A stretch of 63,630 nt of DNA, filler included, from Craspedostauros australis (taxonomy: Eukaryota): the NCBI GenBank assembly GCA_030167865.1. It is 6 parts of 6 records of this genome, joined end to end, with 100 filler letters (N's around TTAATTAATTAA, not from the genome) between each part and the next. Parts side by side here need not be neighbours in the genome. Positions count along the whole stretch, not along the records: positions 1 to 10,835 come from JALAGF010004220.1; 5 more parts are not named here. One strand, 5' to 3'. Positions within the stretch are counted from its first letter, which is position 1. The number at the start of each line of letters is the position of its first letter. The translations under genes and the position numbers were made by a program. Positions 1 to 10,935 of the stretch are shown here, in pieces. The notes under the pieces were generated by a model, which was not told where the DNA came from, did not search any database, and saw only the letters and a list, made by a program, of their open reading frames with translations.

Positions 1-1003
1 TGACGTTGATATCGATGTCAGTTCGTTGTCGCTTCTCTCTCAACAGGAGTTGCACAATTTCTTCGGCTCCGCGCCAGCAGGCAAGGTGGAGGGGTGTATC
101 TCCATCCGTGTTCTGGATGGAGAGGTCGAACGTCGTGCTCACACGATCGGACTGTAGCAAGTATTCGATCACATCTGTGTGTCCTTTCTGGCACGCATAA
201 TGCAATGCTGTGTACCCCAGGCTATTCTTCGCGTTGGCATCAACCGAGATCTTGGTGGATTCGACGAGAGCGCGCACCACTTCTAGAAGTCCTGATAAAC
301 AGGCAAGATGAAGCGCGGTGTTCTTCTCATCATTGCCAGCGAACGAGGTGCGCCCTTCCTGGTTGACCAGATAGGATGCGACCAAAGAACGGATCCACTC
401 CTCGTCACCTTCTGCAACGCATTCAAACGGCGTCTTGCCAAGGTGGTCCTTGGTGTCGAAATTGGCATGGATATGGCTGTCGTTGCGATTGAGGTGCAGG
501 AAGTATTCAACCACATCCTTGTGTCGCTTTCGGCACGCGTAATGTAGCGGTGTCCAACCGTTCTTGTTCTGAAGATTGATGTCGATGCTGACAGCGGTAT
601 TGGTTGTGCTGTTGTTGTGGATGGATTGAATCAACGTATTGACCACGTTTCTGTAACCTTTGCGGCAGGCCAGGTGGAGGGGCGTGTTCCCATCGTTGTT
701 TTGGATGCGAGCACACACGTTGTCGGGATCGAATCCCAGCAAACGCCAGATGATGTCTCTGTGTCCAAAATCGCAAGCCACATGCAGTGGAGTGTTGCCC
801 CTTTCGTCTAGAGCGCTGATCTTCTCGATTGAACCATCCGCCGTGATCAATCCTTGGACTCTCGCTACGTCGCCAGCACGGCAAGCATCGTGAAGCTCCA
901 TGTTCTGTCTGAGCTGTTGGTCCTGCATGCTGGATGCAAGAGAGAAACCATGGGCGAGAGAAGCAACACGCAAAGGACACTCAGATGAGGATGATGAGAA
1001 CAT
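1..1003 (-). CDS. Ankyrin-repeat protein, 5' part (runs off the left end of the window)
   Basis: Manual minus-strand translation (not in the ORF track because there is no stop) gives repeated ankyrin motifs: GNTPLHVAC, GNTPLHLAC, GWTPLHYAC, NTALHLAC, GYTALHYAC, GDTPLHLAC. Start at ATG 1003 or 928. Confidence 0.9.
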   Translation of the reverse strand, partial: MFSSSSSECPLRVASLAHGFSLASSMQDQQLRQNMELHDACRAGDVARVQGLITADGSIEKISALDERGNTPLHVACDFGHRDIIWRLLGFDPDNVCARIQNNDGNTPLHLACRKGYRNVVNTLIQSIHNNSTTNTAVSIDINLQNKNGWTPLHYACRKRHKDVVEYFLHLNRNDSHIHANFDTKDHLGKTPFECVAEGDEEWIRSLVASYLVNQEGRTSFAGNDEKNTALHLACLSGLLEVVRALVESTKISVDANAKNSLGYTALHYACQKGHTDVIEYLLQSDRVSTTFDLSIQNTDGDTPLHLACWRGAEEIVQLLLREKRQRTDIDINV

Positions 1004-1794
1004 GCGACCGCTGTTTGAATCACGCCCAGCTCACAGAAGCCTCAACAGGGACTCGGACAGCATGCGACCATACCATCCATCGACATGATCGTTTCCTTTC
1101 GCATTCCCCAATTCAGACAGCCACATTATGCATGGAAGCCACAGCAAAACGAACAACGGAAACACACCCACAAAGAGACAGTACGAACACTCACTTGGTG
1201 TGACGAGGATCTCTCGTGAGCATACTCAGTCGCTGTCTGGAGTCGCAGAACGGATTGATGATGAGCCCGCTTCGACGGCCAGAAGCAGTTGATGGACGAG
1301 GGAAGATGAGAATCTTGTGATGGGTTGGGGCATGTTTCGTATCTTTGTGCTGGAGACGCAGTGTCAAGAATCCATTCTTTCGGTCATCCACGGCGAGAAG
1401 CATCTTTGGCGCCATGACCCTGATTTCGCAACCAGAACGAAGATTTGTCATGCGACCAAAGAGACGAGAGCGTTGATTTCGGTTAATTGAGCGTTGGACT
1501 GGGCACCAGAGCTGAATCGTACGCAGCACAGTAGAGACCACGTCAGAGTTAAATGGCTCGCGCCTTGTGCTCATAATCAATCAGTTTCCCTTCGATTCCA
1601 TGCCTTTCCCTGCAAGTAGAGTTTGATGCGACCAACACAATTAAGCGGCATTTCTCTAGGTTGGCATCTAAGCCACATGGATCTCAAGACCGAAACGCCG
1701 AACGCCAGAACTTCGTCGGAGGTTGTCTGTTCTGCCGAATCATACACTAATCGAGCATTTTATTTAAACCCCTGGAACCGTCAGGTGTGGATCG

Positions 1795-4700
1795 TCATAT
1801 CCTCCGAAGTCCAATCAGTGCTTCAATGGCGGCGACTTCTGTTGCTCCTGGCTGCACTTCGGATGAGGCTATCGTTTCGACGCCCATGCCCGCCTCCGCA
1901 GTGCTACTCTCGCCACCCTCGACTGTGGCCGCCTTTGCCGATGGTGTTGCTCCTGCTTGCGAGTCTTTCTCACTGGCTTCGGAAGGCTTTCCACCCTTCT
2001 CCTTCTTCTCGACCACTTTCCGACTATCGCGGAAGGCATGTCCCAGCTTCTCAGCTGCCCTCTCCTTGGAAACCTCGACCCAGATCAAAGTCCCGTCGGC
2101 TTCTTTCGTCTGCCTCTTCAGGAATCGTCTCCCCTCTGCTATCAATTCATCCACGACGCCCGCGATGACTTGCTTTCGTGCGCTTTTCGCTGCAGCCTCG
2201 AAAACGTGCTTGCGACCATTCACGACCTGGTGCATGTGCATGTTGCCTTTATGTTTGTGTAAGGATCTGCTTCTGCCGAACAAAACGTCTTCCTCTCTCG
2301 GTATTACCTGCTCTGGGGCGCCTCTGGATGGCGCGATCGTGGAAGGTGCTGGTGTGGCCGGAGCTGCCATTGTTGTCTGTTTGGCTGTCGTTGATGTCTG
2401 CGCATTTGACAATCCCGCTTGGTCTTGCGGAGCAGGTGCCGGATGATTTTGCTGCGGACGTCGAGGACCTGTGGGCGCTCCAACATCACCGGCCATCCAT
2501 GACGGTGACTGTTGTTGCAGTGGGTAGTGACGTGTCTGCACTTGCGCTTGCGCGTGGGGGAACTGATTCGATTGTCTTGGTTGCATCCACGTCGTAGGAT
2601 TGGCACAAAAGTTTGCAATCGGCGCCATCCCTTGTTGATGCATGAGCGGAACATTCATGACATTCGGTTGCGTTCCTTGCGGCATCATCGTTTGGTTGAG
2701 TTGTGTGTGCGCTTCCGGCCGTACAGCCATTCGCACCCCCATCTGTTCGGCCAGAATGAGACGACCTTGTGCTTGTGCTAGCGCTACGAACGTTTGCATG
2801 TTCTGCGGGATCTGCCTGTTTGGCACACCTTGGTCGGACGCCGCTGCTCCATTCTCACCCCCTGCCATGGGGTAGGGAGGAAACCTATGATGACATGCAG
2901 TCATACCAGGAGCCACCGTTCCGGACCAATTCAGCGGCATGGTGAAACTCCCATTTGGATTCATCGGTATCCCCATTCCACCAACCGAGTTTCCGCCTGC
3001 GATATTTGTGTGGAACGGGGCGGCCAACGCGCCTTCAATGCCAACGTTCTGAGGCATGCCAAAATTCGGAAGCCCACCAGTTGCAACTGATGAGAATTGC
3101 TGAGGTTGGTCAACCATGTACGGGTTGGGTCTCCCTTGGTGCGTTTGCGAATTCCACAGCAGCTGTGCAGCGTTGGGGAGAACTCCTGCCTGGGTTCCTC
3201 CATGAGTTGCTCTCTGTTGGGGCGAGGCAAAAGTTGGATCCTGCGTGCGGGTAGGATGTTGCGGGTAACCCGGAGAAAGTGCGGCTCCATACGTTATTGA
3301 TGTTTGAGCCTGTGCTGGTGGAGCAAGCTGCGGTTGAGCATGGGCTTGGATGGCCTGGACTGCCCGTGGTTCGTCAGTATTGTTGGCTGGTGCTTGCATT
3401 GCTGGTGATGGTGAAGCCAGAGCAGCTTTCGAGGTGTTTGTTGGTCTATTCCTTTTCGCCAATGGCCTGACCTCCTGGGTATTGCCTGCGCTGGCTTGGC
3501 TGGTGCTTTCATGGGCAGCATGTTCGCTGCTATTGTTATCGTTGCCGCTGACATTCATCCTTCCGGTCGTCTCACGCTTCTTCTCAACAACCGATTGGAG
3601 AGGATTTGGTGACTTGCTTCTGTTTCTCTTGGATGCAGTGTTGCTTGAGCTCTCATCACTCGCCCCCTTGCTGTGGCCCTTGGTCCTGATGCGAGTCACC
3701 AGATCCAGAACATGGTTCTCGACTGACCCCCGATCGGCAAGTTCCCACATCCCAAAGTTGATTATTTCCTGGACGAACCGGACGCTCTTCTTGCCGGGCC
3801 GAATGGCCACGTCAAAAATATCGTGGATCGTCTGCTTGTTGCCCACTTGAGTGCCAAGTTCTACCAAGATCTTGCCCACAAACTTGGAGAATTCGAGATT
3901 TCCGTGGTGGTCCTTGCTGTTCTGGCCCCCACCAATAATGACATCGCTCAGTCTCGGCAGTTGGATTCGGGGAGCGGACGGTGCCGATTCTCCCTCGATC
4001 AACTTTCGCCGTTCCAGAAATTTCTCAAACTCCGTGCGGTTGAGCAGCATGGGACAGCGCTTCTTTTTGCCTTGACCTTTCGATTTGGACAGCGCAGCGC
4101 CGTCTTCATCGAGCGGAAGGACATGCACGGGGACGCCGAACTTCTTCAGGTGATGAAGACACTTGGCACGGCCTCCTGGGATGTAAGACGATGTGAGGTT
4201 GCCATTTGATGCATTTTCCAAAATGCATGCGCTCGGAGCGAGGGTTGGAGTGATATTGGAATCGATGATCAGCATTAGTAGCCGCACCAGTGGCAGCAGC
4301 AGCGGCAAAGGACGATCTGTGAGTGGAGGTGTGCCTCAAGCGTGCGAGCAGATGAGAGATTGTTCAAGTCCCAAAGGAACAGATGTCTGTCCGGACTCAA
4401 TGTAAATGCTTTGAAGCTGGCAGATGCACGCATGCAAGAATATGTGTGTGTGTAGGTACAGATGGAATGACTTACCACAGACGGTTCGGATCCGGCACCG
4501 AGTAATCGGACCCAAACCCCATGCCACGATGTTGACCAACGGTTTCTTTATCCAGCCCTGATAACAGTAGTGGAAGCTCGTAATCCGAATAGGCATAGCG
4601 TTGGCAGCCTTGCATGCTGCCCACCACACATTGTGCTCGGCCTTGGTTCCTTTGGGTTGAAAGTCTAGTCCGTATCCCACATACACAATCCCGTGCATCT

Positions 4701-5640
4701 GTGTGTCATTGTCGTCTTCGATGTGTGCCATGATAAGGTACCACAGAAATCGGATCTGTGGAATGGAAAGAAGAGAGTGCGAATGTGATATGAGCGCAGC
4801 AAGCGAAGCAACATCGCAGTGAGCAGTGGATTGGCGTATGCCAAATGCGCTTTGAATGAAATCAAGACCTTTGGATCAAGAACTACCGATGCTGCAACAG
4901 CTGCTGCAAGGTGATCACGCGACTTCTTCAACTCCTATCCACTGAAGGCATTGGCTTGACGCAAAAAGTGAGGAACTCACGTTGTGTACCTCCGGATTCT
5001 CGTTCATGAGCCTCTCCGCGTTCTCTCGCTCATGGGCGAAAAACACGGCTCTTCCTGCGCGATCACGTGTTGGCAACACTTGGATGCTACCACCTCGCTT
5101 AGTGAAGAATTGATTCTCTTCTTCGGTGAAGTCTGCCATGGTGATTCTCTTCGTGAGCTTGTCATCGCCCCAGAGCTCTCGCTTGACTTCGAAGTGTCGC
5201 ACAAGTTGCTGAGCTGCCCTTTTGGTATCATACCTTGCAGCACGCAAGAACATGCGAAGGAATTGCGGATTGTCTACAAAGGCTGGATTCTCCTTCGCAG
5301 CGAGGTTGAACGCCGGCTTGCGTTTGATAGACTCCAGATGCCCACGGAGCCCCTGCAGCTGAAAATCCATTTGCTGCGGATGTTCGGAAGGAGGCAGAGA
5401 TTTGCCTTGGAGTTCCTCTGTGACGACCTTTTTCTCTTCCAGTGATAGCTTGTCCATGGCCTCCTTCAACGTTGTGTCTGCTGATGGGATGTCATTTTCA
5501 GCAGGAGGGCGTGTGTCGGGTTCGGCGGAAAGGGGAACCTCAGCCGTCCTGCTTGGTGGTGGTGGTGGTGCTGTTGTTGGCGCCACAACATCGTGTTGCG
5601 ATGCGCTTGAACTGTTTGGATGGGCGTTGTCGGCTTGCAT
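1795..5640 (-). CDS. CRAL-TRIO/Sec14-like N-terminal region plus two DUF6824-like domains (~1103 aa, 3 exons)
   Basis: Exons 5640-4990, 4755-4476 and 4175-1795 join at GT-AG sites in frame (3312 nt). FLRMFLRAARYDTKRAAQQLVRHF and DRAGRAV resemble CRAL-TRIO. DVIIGGG..HHGN and DVLFGR..HKGN..GRRFLK..W.EVS..A.EKLGHAFRD resemble DUF6824. A Q/P/G/M-rich linker lies between them. Confidence 0.8.
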
Positions 5641-6418
5641 CTGTGCGTGTTGATACGAAGTGAAGCGAAGGCGATTGGTGCTGTGTATCTTTCTGCGCTC
5701 GACTTTTTTGTGATCGGTGTTGATGTTGATGATGATGCAGCCGATGGCATTGTCCTCTGCTCCTCTCTGTTTGTTCTGCAGCAGATCGCCAAAGATTCCG
5801 TTGTTTTCGGCGAAACAGATGAAATTCTCACATGCTTTGTGCGAGGCGCGATCCGCCATCAATCTCATTCCATCACCTCCAAAACAACGAGACGTGGAAA
5901 ACGCAAAGAGTTCGCAAAAAACGGGATCGTGAGTCTCCGCGCTGGGAGGCGCGGTAATGCCATAGATCAACATATAAGAACGCGAAGGAAAATAAGGAAC
6001 GAAAACACGAGAAAATTGTCGTGTCCCAAATCATGTTTTATTTCACAAGCTGAAAGTGGGTGGAATCGCAGATTGTATTGTTTTCACAACAGAATATTGT
6101 TGTTTCCTGATCATTTCTATACGACGATCTGCTCAAAACAAGTGGGTGGACTTCTACTGTAGACGAGTGTGTGGGTGTTGCTTGGTTTGATGACTATTGT
6201 GGTTATGATTATGATTACTCCTCTGCAGCATCGGACTGATGAGGTGAAGACTCACCAGATGAAGAGCTGCCTTCGGTCACCCCCAATTGCATCAATGCAT
6301 CGCCTTCCTCCTGACCAATTGCATGCATGCAATGCTGCTTGTCTCCCAGGCATTCCGGAAGGGGAGCATCACTCCATTCGCCACAGAGAAGATGTTGCAC
6401 ACCCTCCTCCAAACGAGG

Positions 6419-8318
6419 CTAGGCTGCCTGCTGTGCTGCTGCCTCTTGTGCTGCTGCTTCTGTTGTTGCCCTCTTGCCAGCAGCCTCTTCTGCTGCCTCT
6501 GCCCGTACTGCGATTGCCAGTGCTCGGACAGCGAAGGCTCTGGCCCTTGCTGCTGCTGTTGCCTTCGGGGTGTGGGAAGGTGGGGGCGGAGGCTTTGAGT
6601 ACTCCACTACGCCGCCATGGAGGCCTGGAGGGGCTGGCGGGGGCATGGTGGGGAAGCGGCCGGCCGCCATCGCGATGCCATTGGCAATCGCGGTATCCAC
6701 ATCATGCTTGGTTGGTGGTGGAGGTGGAGGTGGTGGTTCGGCGTGTGGGATGGCTTCGGTGGTTTTTGTGGCCACCTTCTTGCTCTTCTTCTTCTTCTTC
6801 TTGTGGTGTTTGGCCTTGCGAGCGCTTTTCTCGCTTGTCTTACCGGATGCACTGAAGCGGCTGCTGGTGGCGCTGATGCTTTTTCCCGCGCAGCTCGCCC
6901 CGTCGCGAGGACCCTCAGGGAAACACTCGCCAAACACGCCACGCTGTTGGGAGAAGAAGTCAGCAAAGCAGTGGGAATCGCGTGAGTGAGTGCGCACATC
7001 GAGTCATTGCAGATCGTGAAATTCGGTCATCGTGTTCTTACTTACCTCAACTCTTCCTGTCCTTTCATACGTGGATGGCGCATGGCATGTCGCGGTTCCA
7101 ATGCTGGAGTCATCGCAACGGGAGGGCACACATGTTTTGCGCGTGTTGAGGTCAAGCCGGGATTGGGGCGTAGTCGCCCCAACCAGCGACAAGCCAGCGA
7201 TGACAGTGCGCTTATGTGTAGAACGAGCTTGTGGAACAAAAGAAACGATGGGATGAGAACTGTTCTGTTCCACAACGCGCACGATTAGAACAGGCGCCCT
7301 TACCACCCCTTGTTTGTCGTTTGTCTGAACCTCAAGTTCCAAGTAGTTGATGCCGTTGAGAACACCATCTGTCGCGCGTTCCCATCGATTTGTCACAGCA
7401 AACGGCAAATTAACGACCTGAGTTCGCACCGGTGCTCCGTCGCGCTGTTTCATGCGAGACAATGACTTCATGGTAGCATCCGCACGTGCCTTCTCGTCGA
7501 TGAAAGGCGACACCCACTGTCCGTTGGCAAGTGTGAAGTCATCGCGCAAATGGTCATGCAGAAGTTCCATGTTCGCAAGAGCAGCGTTTTGGGTCACTTC
7601 AAGCACAACAGACATGCCGCCAGGCGCGACATGAACACGAAGGTCTTTGTGGCAAGTGCCACCGGTGAGTTCAAACGCAAGATCAATGACGCGTTCACCA
7701 TTGTTGTTGCGGTAGAAAGTGCGAGTGACTGGAAGTTCGTGTTTGTTGTTGGCGTCGAGCCAATTCATGACATCGGCGTCAGTTGTGGCGACTGGTGGTG
7801 AAGGAGTCATCTTGGTCGTGGCTGGTGGTGGGTGGTGTGGAAGGGTGATGGTGGTGGTTGTTTGTTTTGGCGGTGGTGGTGATGGCTTTGTTGCGTTGTT
7901 GTTGTCTACCTCGGTTAGGTCGATGTCAGTTCGGATCATTCGAGAAGCTTCTCGAATCGTTTTTGCGTTCGCAGCAAGCTCAGAAACGGTCGGAGATTCG
8001 TTGGGATCTTTCCTGACTGAAACAATCCAATCACGAGTCACAAATTATGAGTCACAAATTATGAGTCACGCATACAGTAGTCAAGCAAGTCATGTTTGTC
8101 TGCATCGATTCAAGGTACTTACTCTGTTCCTGGCGGACCTTGGCACGAAGATTCGACAGATTCCGAGGGAATTCGCTCCAGATGAACAGCCGTGCTGTTT
8201 CGGACCTCTCCCACACCTCTTTTGCACTCCACTCGGGTTTGATGGTTTCACTCCGGATTTGGTTTTTGAGCTCTTGCACTTGGGCGCTGCTATACACCCA
8301 ACGTTTGGGTTTGGCCAT
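6419..8318 (-). CDS. Unknown 3-exon protein (~563 aa), probable accessory ORF of the adjacent transposase
   Basis: Exons 8318-8123, 8016-7046 and 6943-6419 have GTAAGT donors and CAG acceptors and preserve frame (1692 nt). W-rich helical N-terminus, beta-rich middle, and a poly-K/poly-P/Ala-rich tail. Confidence 0.65.
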
Positions 8319-8616
8319 GTTGCTTTTTGTGTGTTGGTCTGTGAAACGACAGGTGGTAACATCCTCCCAACCACACTCTTGCAGTGCATCCTGATGTCTT
8401 GTTGCAAACCATTGAAACGGCCAGCCTTGTAGTAGTAGTAGTCCATACGAACAGCAGAGCTATTAAAGTCCTGCCTCTATGTAACAGACTTCGTGGCGGG
8501 AACTTCCTGTTTCGGCGCTGTCCCGCATACATGATAGCGCGTTACACGACAGCATTTAGGCGCGTCTCTACGAGAGCGCCTCCGAAAGTCACAGCAAATC
8601 ACGCTGTATTGTTCCC

Positions 8617-9010
8617 GAAATGTTTCGTCCATCCCGAATTATTACAATTGCAATACCGGGTGAAATTGTACTATTCATACATTTTTAACTGTTAACGTAT
8701 GATTCATATGAACACGACGGATGAAATGTTTCGTCCATTCCAAAATATTACAAGTGTACTTTCCATAATTTTTTAACTCTCAGCGTATTCTCCGTGCATT
8801 CTCGTGGTGAACATGACGATGAAATTTTTCGACCCAAAACAAACAATTCTCATTACAATTCCGGGTGGAATTATAATTTAAATTAATTTTGAATTCTCAG
8901 CGTATTCTTCATCTCAAGACGACGGAAGTGTGAGATATTTCGCTTTTTGGGCCGGAATGCTAGGGAGCAAGGGCCGGAATTATAATTTAAATTAAATTGG
9001 CAATACCGAG
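8617..9010. repeat. AT-rich degenerate tandem repeat, ~100-bp unit, 3-4 copies
   Basis: Units begin gaaatgtttcgtccat (8617, 8723) and gaaatttttcgaccc (8821). Shared sub-motifs: attacaa, tctcagcgtattct (x2), ggaattataatttaaattaa (x2), tgaaca(c/t)gacg. Confidence 0.8.
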
Positions 9011-9803
9011 GGGCCCACAATTATTTGGAACTCACGGGGCAGATTTCCACATCCCACATGGAACTTTCCAAGTTGGCGAAGGCCGCGAATTGCGTTGCGT
9101 ATCGGGGGAGAGGCGCCGATGTGCTGGCATTGAGTGGCGCCAATGTGCCGCCGTACAGATTCGTTGCCACCGTCTCTGTTCGTGTTGTGTCGTTTGTAGG
9201 TGGCGCGCCAAGCTGCAAGAGTCCCAAGGACTGACGGTGCTTGTTCGCCATGTGTCGATGGAACAAGACGAGCAAGCCGACAGCGGACTTTGGTTGAGGA
9301 GTCCACCATTTCCCATACTAGAAGTCTTTCATTGCGTATGAGCACGTGGGTCATCAACATTGCATTCCGGTCAACTATATAAGCACGCTTGTCTAGGCGC
9401 TCATTGCTGTAGTCATGGAGGGTCAAACAGTCCAATGCCCCCGATGATCGTGAATGCCTAGATGTCCTGCTTTTCTACTGCCAGCATCTCTCCTTCTTGT
9501 AAGCCACACAGCAAGAGACGGATAACATCAAGTGGGACATCCAACATCATCGGTGGCAAACGAAGTCATGGGAGGGTCGAGCATGGCTATACATCGCATG
9601 CCATACAGGCTTGGAGTTGGCAACTGGAGGAGCTAATTTGTAGACTACATGGGCATCGGCAGCCTACGATACAAGCAGCCACTTCCTCCTTGACCACTCA
9701 ACTTGCCAATGTTGCTGTCACTTCACAAAATGTTGTCTTCGTGGAAATCCGCACGAACTTTGACTCCACGTAGTCGAATCAGCGCTCGCACAAACCCACA
9801 AGC

Positions 9804-10813
9804 ATGGAACTGGAGGACAGGCACGCAGGTGAATTCGCCGTGGAAGGCTTTGCGCTCATGCGACGCGAACTGGATTGTCATGATGCCAACGTGCTCAACG
9901 ATACACAGTTGCGAGAGTTTCGCGGGATGTTTGGCACTGACCCATACATCACTCACCTCCTCTGGGAAGACCTGATTGGCACAGGTCTTCTCCCTTTCGA
10001 TGCGAAGCCGAAGCACCTCCTTTGGATGTGCGCGTTCCTCCGAATGTATTTGGCGGAGACAGTGGTGGCGCGGATGATGGACACCGACGCGAAAACTTTC
10101 CGCAAGTGGGCGTGGGCCATGGCCCGAGCTGTGGCAGAGTTGCGCCACGACATTGTAAGTACAGCACATGAGAACCCCAAAAAATGCGAGCTCTCTTTTT
10201 TTCGCCTACCACGACTCACTCACAATTTCCATTCGTGACTGCTCGTATCCATCTTGCTTGCCTACAGATCGACCTAGACAATCGCTTCATTGATGCAGAC
10301 AGAGATGGAAGTGCTTTCTTAACTGTAGATGGCACGGACTTTCGCACTAACGACCCAAAACCATTCAACAGAGTGTGGTACTCGCACAAGTTCAAAGCTG
10401 CTGGTGTGAGGTATGAAGTTGCTGTTTCCATCAGTAGAGGAGACATTGTTTGGGTGAACGGCCCCTTTCCGTGTGGATACATGAACGACCTGGCCATCTT
10501 CCGCTCTGAGCTTAAACAAGCAATACGGGCAGACGAGGTTGTGATTGCTGACAACGGCTACAGAGGAGATGACAAAGTGTTTCCTCCCACGTACAAAGCG
10601 GATGGCATTCTTCGTGCTCGCCACGAAACGATTAACGGCAGATTGAAGCAATGGGGCTGTCTGGGACAAAAGTGGCGTCACCATGTGGACAAGCATCACA
10701 CAGTGTTCCATGCAGTGGTGGTCATCACCCAGATCGAACTCGGTAATGGCTATCCAGCGTTCGACGCCGACAAGGCGCTGGCCACAGCCCGACAGCGAAT
10801 GGGTCACGACTAG
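9804..10813 (+). CDS. DDE_Tnp_4-type (IS5/PIF-Harbinger-like) transposase, 2 exons (~298 aa)
   Basis: Exons 9804-10154 and 10268-10813 (GTAAGT..CTACAG) are in frame. Motifs VDGTDF, YSHKF, GPFPCG..ND, ADNGY, RARHETINGRLK, with an HTH-like N-terminal exon. Confidence 0.88.
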
Positions 10814-10835
10814 ACTGCATATTTCATTTAAAGTA

Positions 10836-10935
10836 NNNNNNNNNNNNNNNNNNNNNNNNNNNNNNNNNNNNNNNNNNNNTTAATTAATTAANNNNNNNNN
10901 NNNNNNNNNNNNNNNNNNNNNNNNNNNNNNNNNNN
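10836..10935. other. Artificial contig spacer
   Basis: 44 N + TTAATTAATTAA (stops in all six frames) + 44 N. Confidence 0.98.

Larger units (their letters stand above)
6215..10835. mobile_element. Putative two-gene PIF/Harbinger-type (PHIS) DNA transposon; ends not identified
   Basis: DDE transposase (+) lies divergent to an unknown gene (-), with AT-rich repeats between them. The right side is cut by a contig end. No TIR or TSD was found. Confidence 0.5.

Noticed and set aside
8035..8069. 14-bp tandem duplication gagtcacaaattat
   Set aside because: Simple slippage repeat within an intron; the short repeats at ~13567 and ~47540 are similar.
8617..9010. Possible CRISPR-like or guide-RNA array next to a nuclease-fold gene
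   Set aside because: Units are degenerate along their whole length, with no constant repeat and unique spacer, and there are no cas-like genes.
9200..9552. Possible third gene in the transposon (MMLDVPLDVIRLLL.., F-box-like start) on the minus strand
   Set aside because: In-frame stop after 30 codons and no further recognisable motif.
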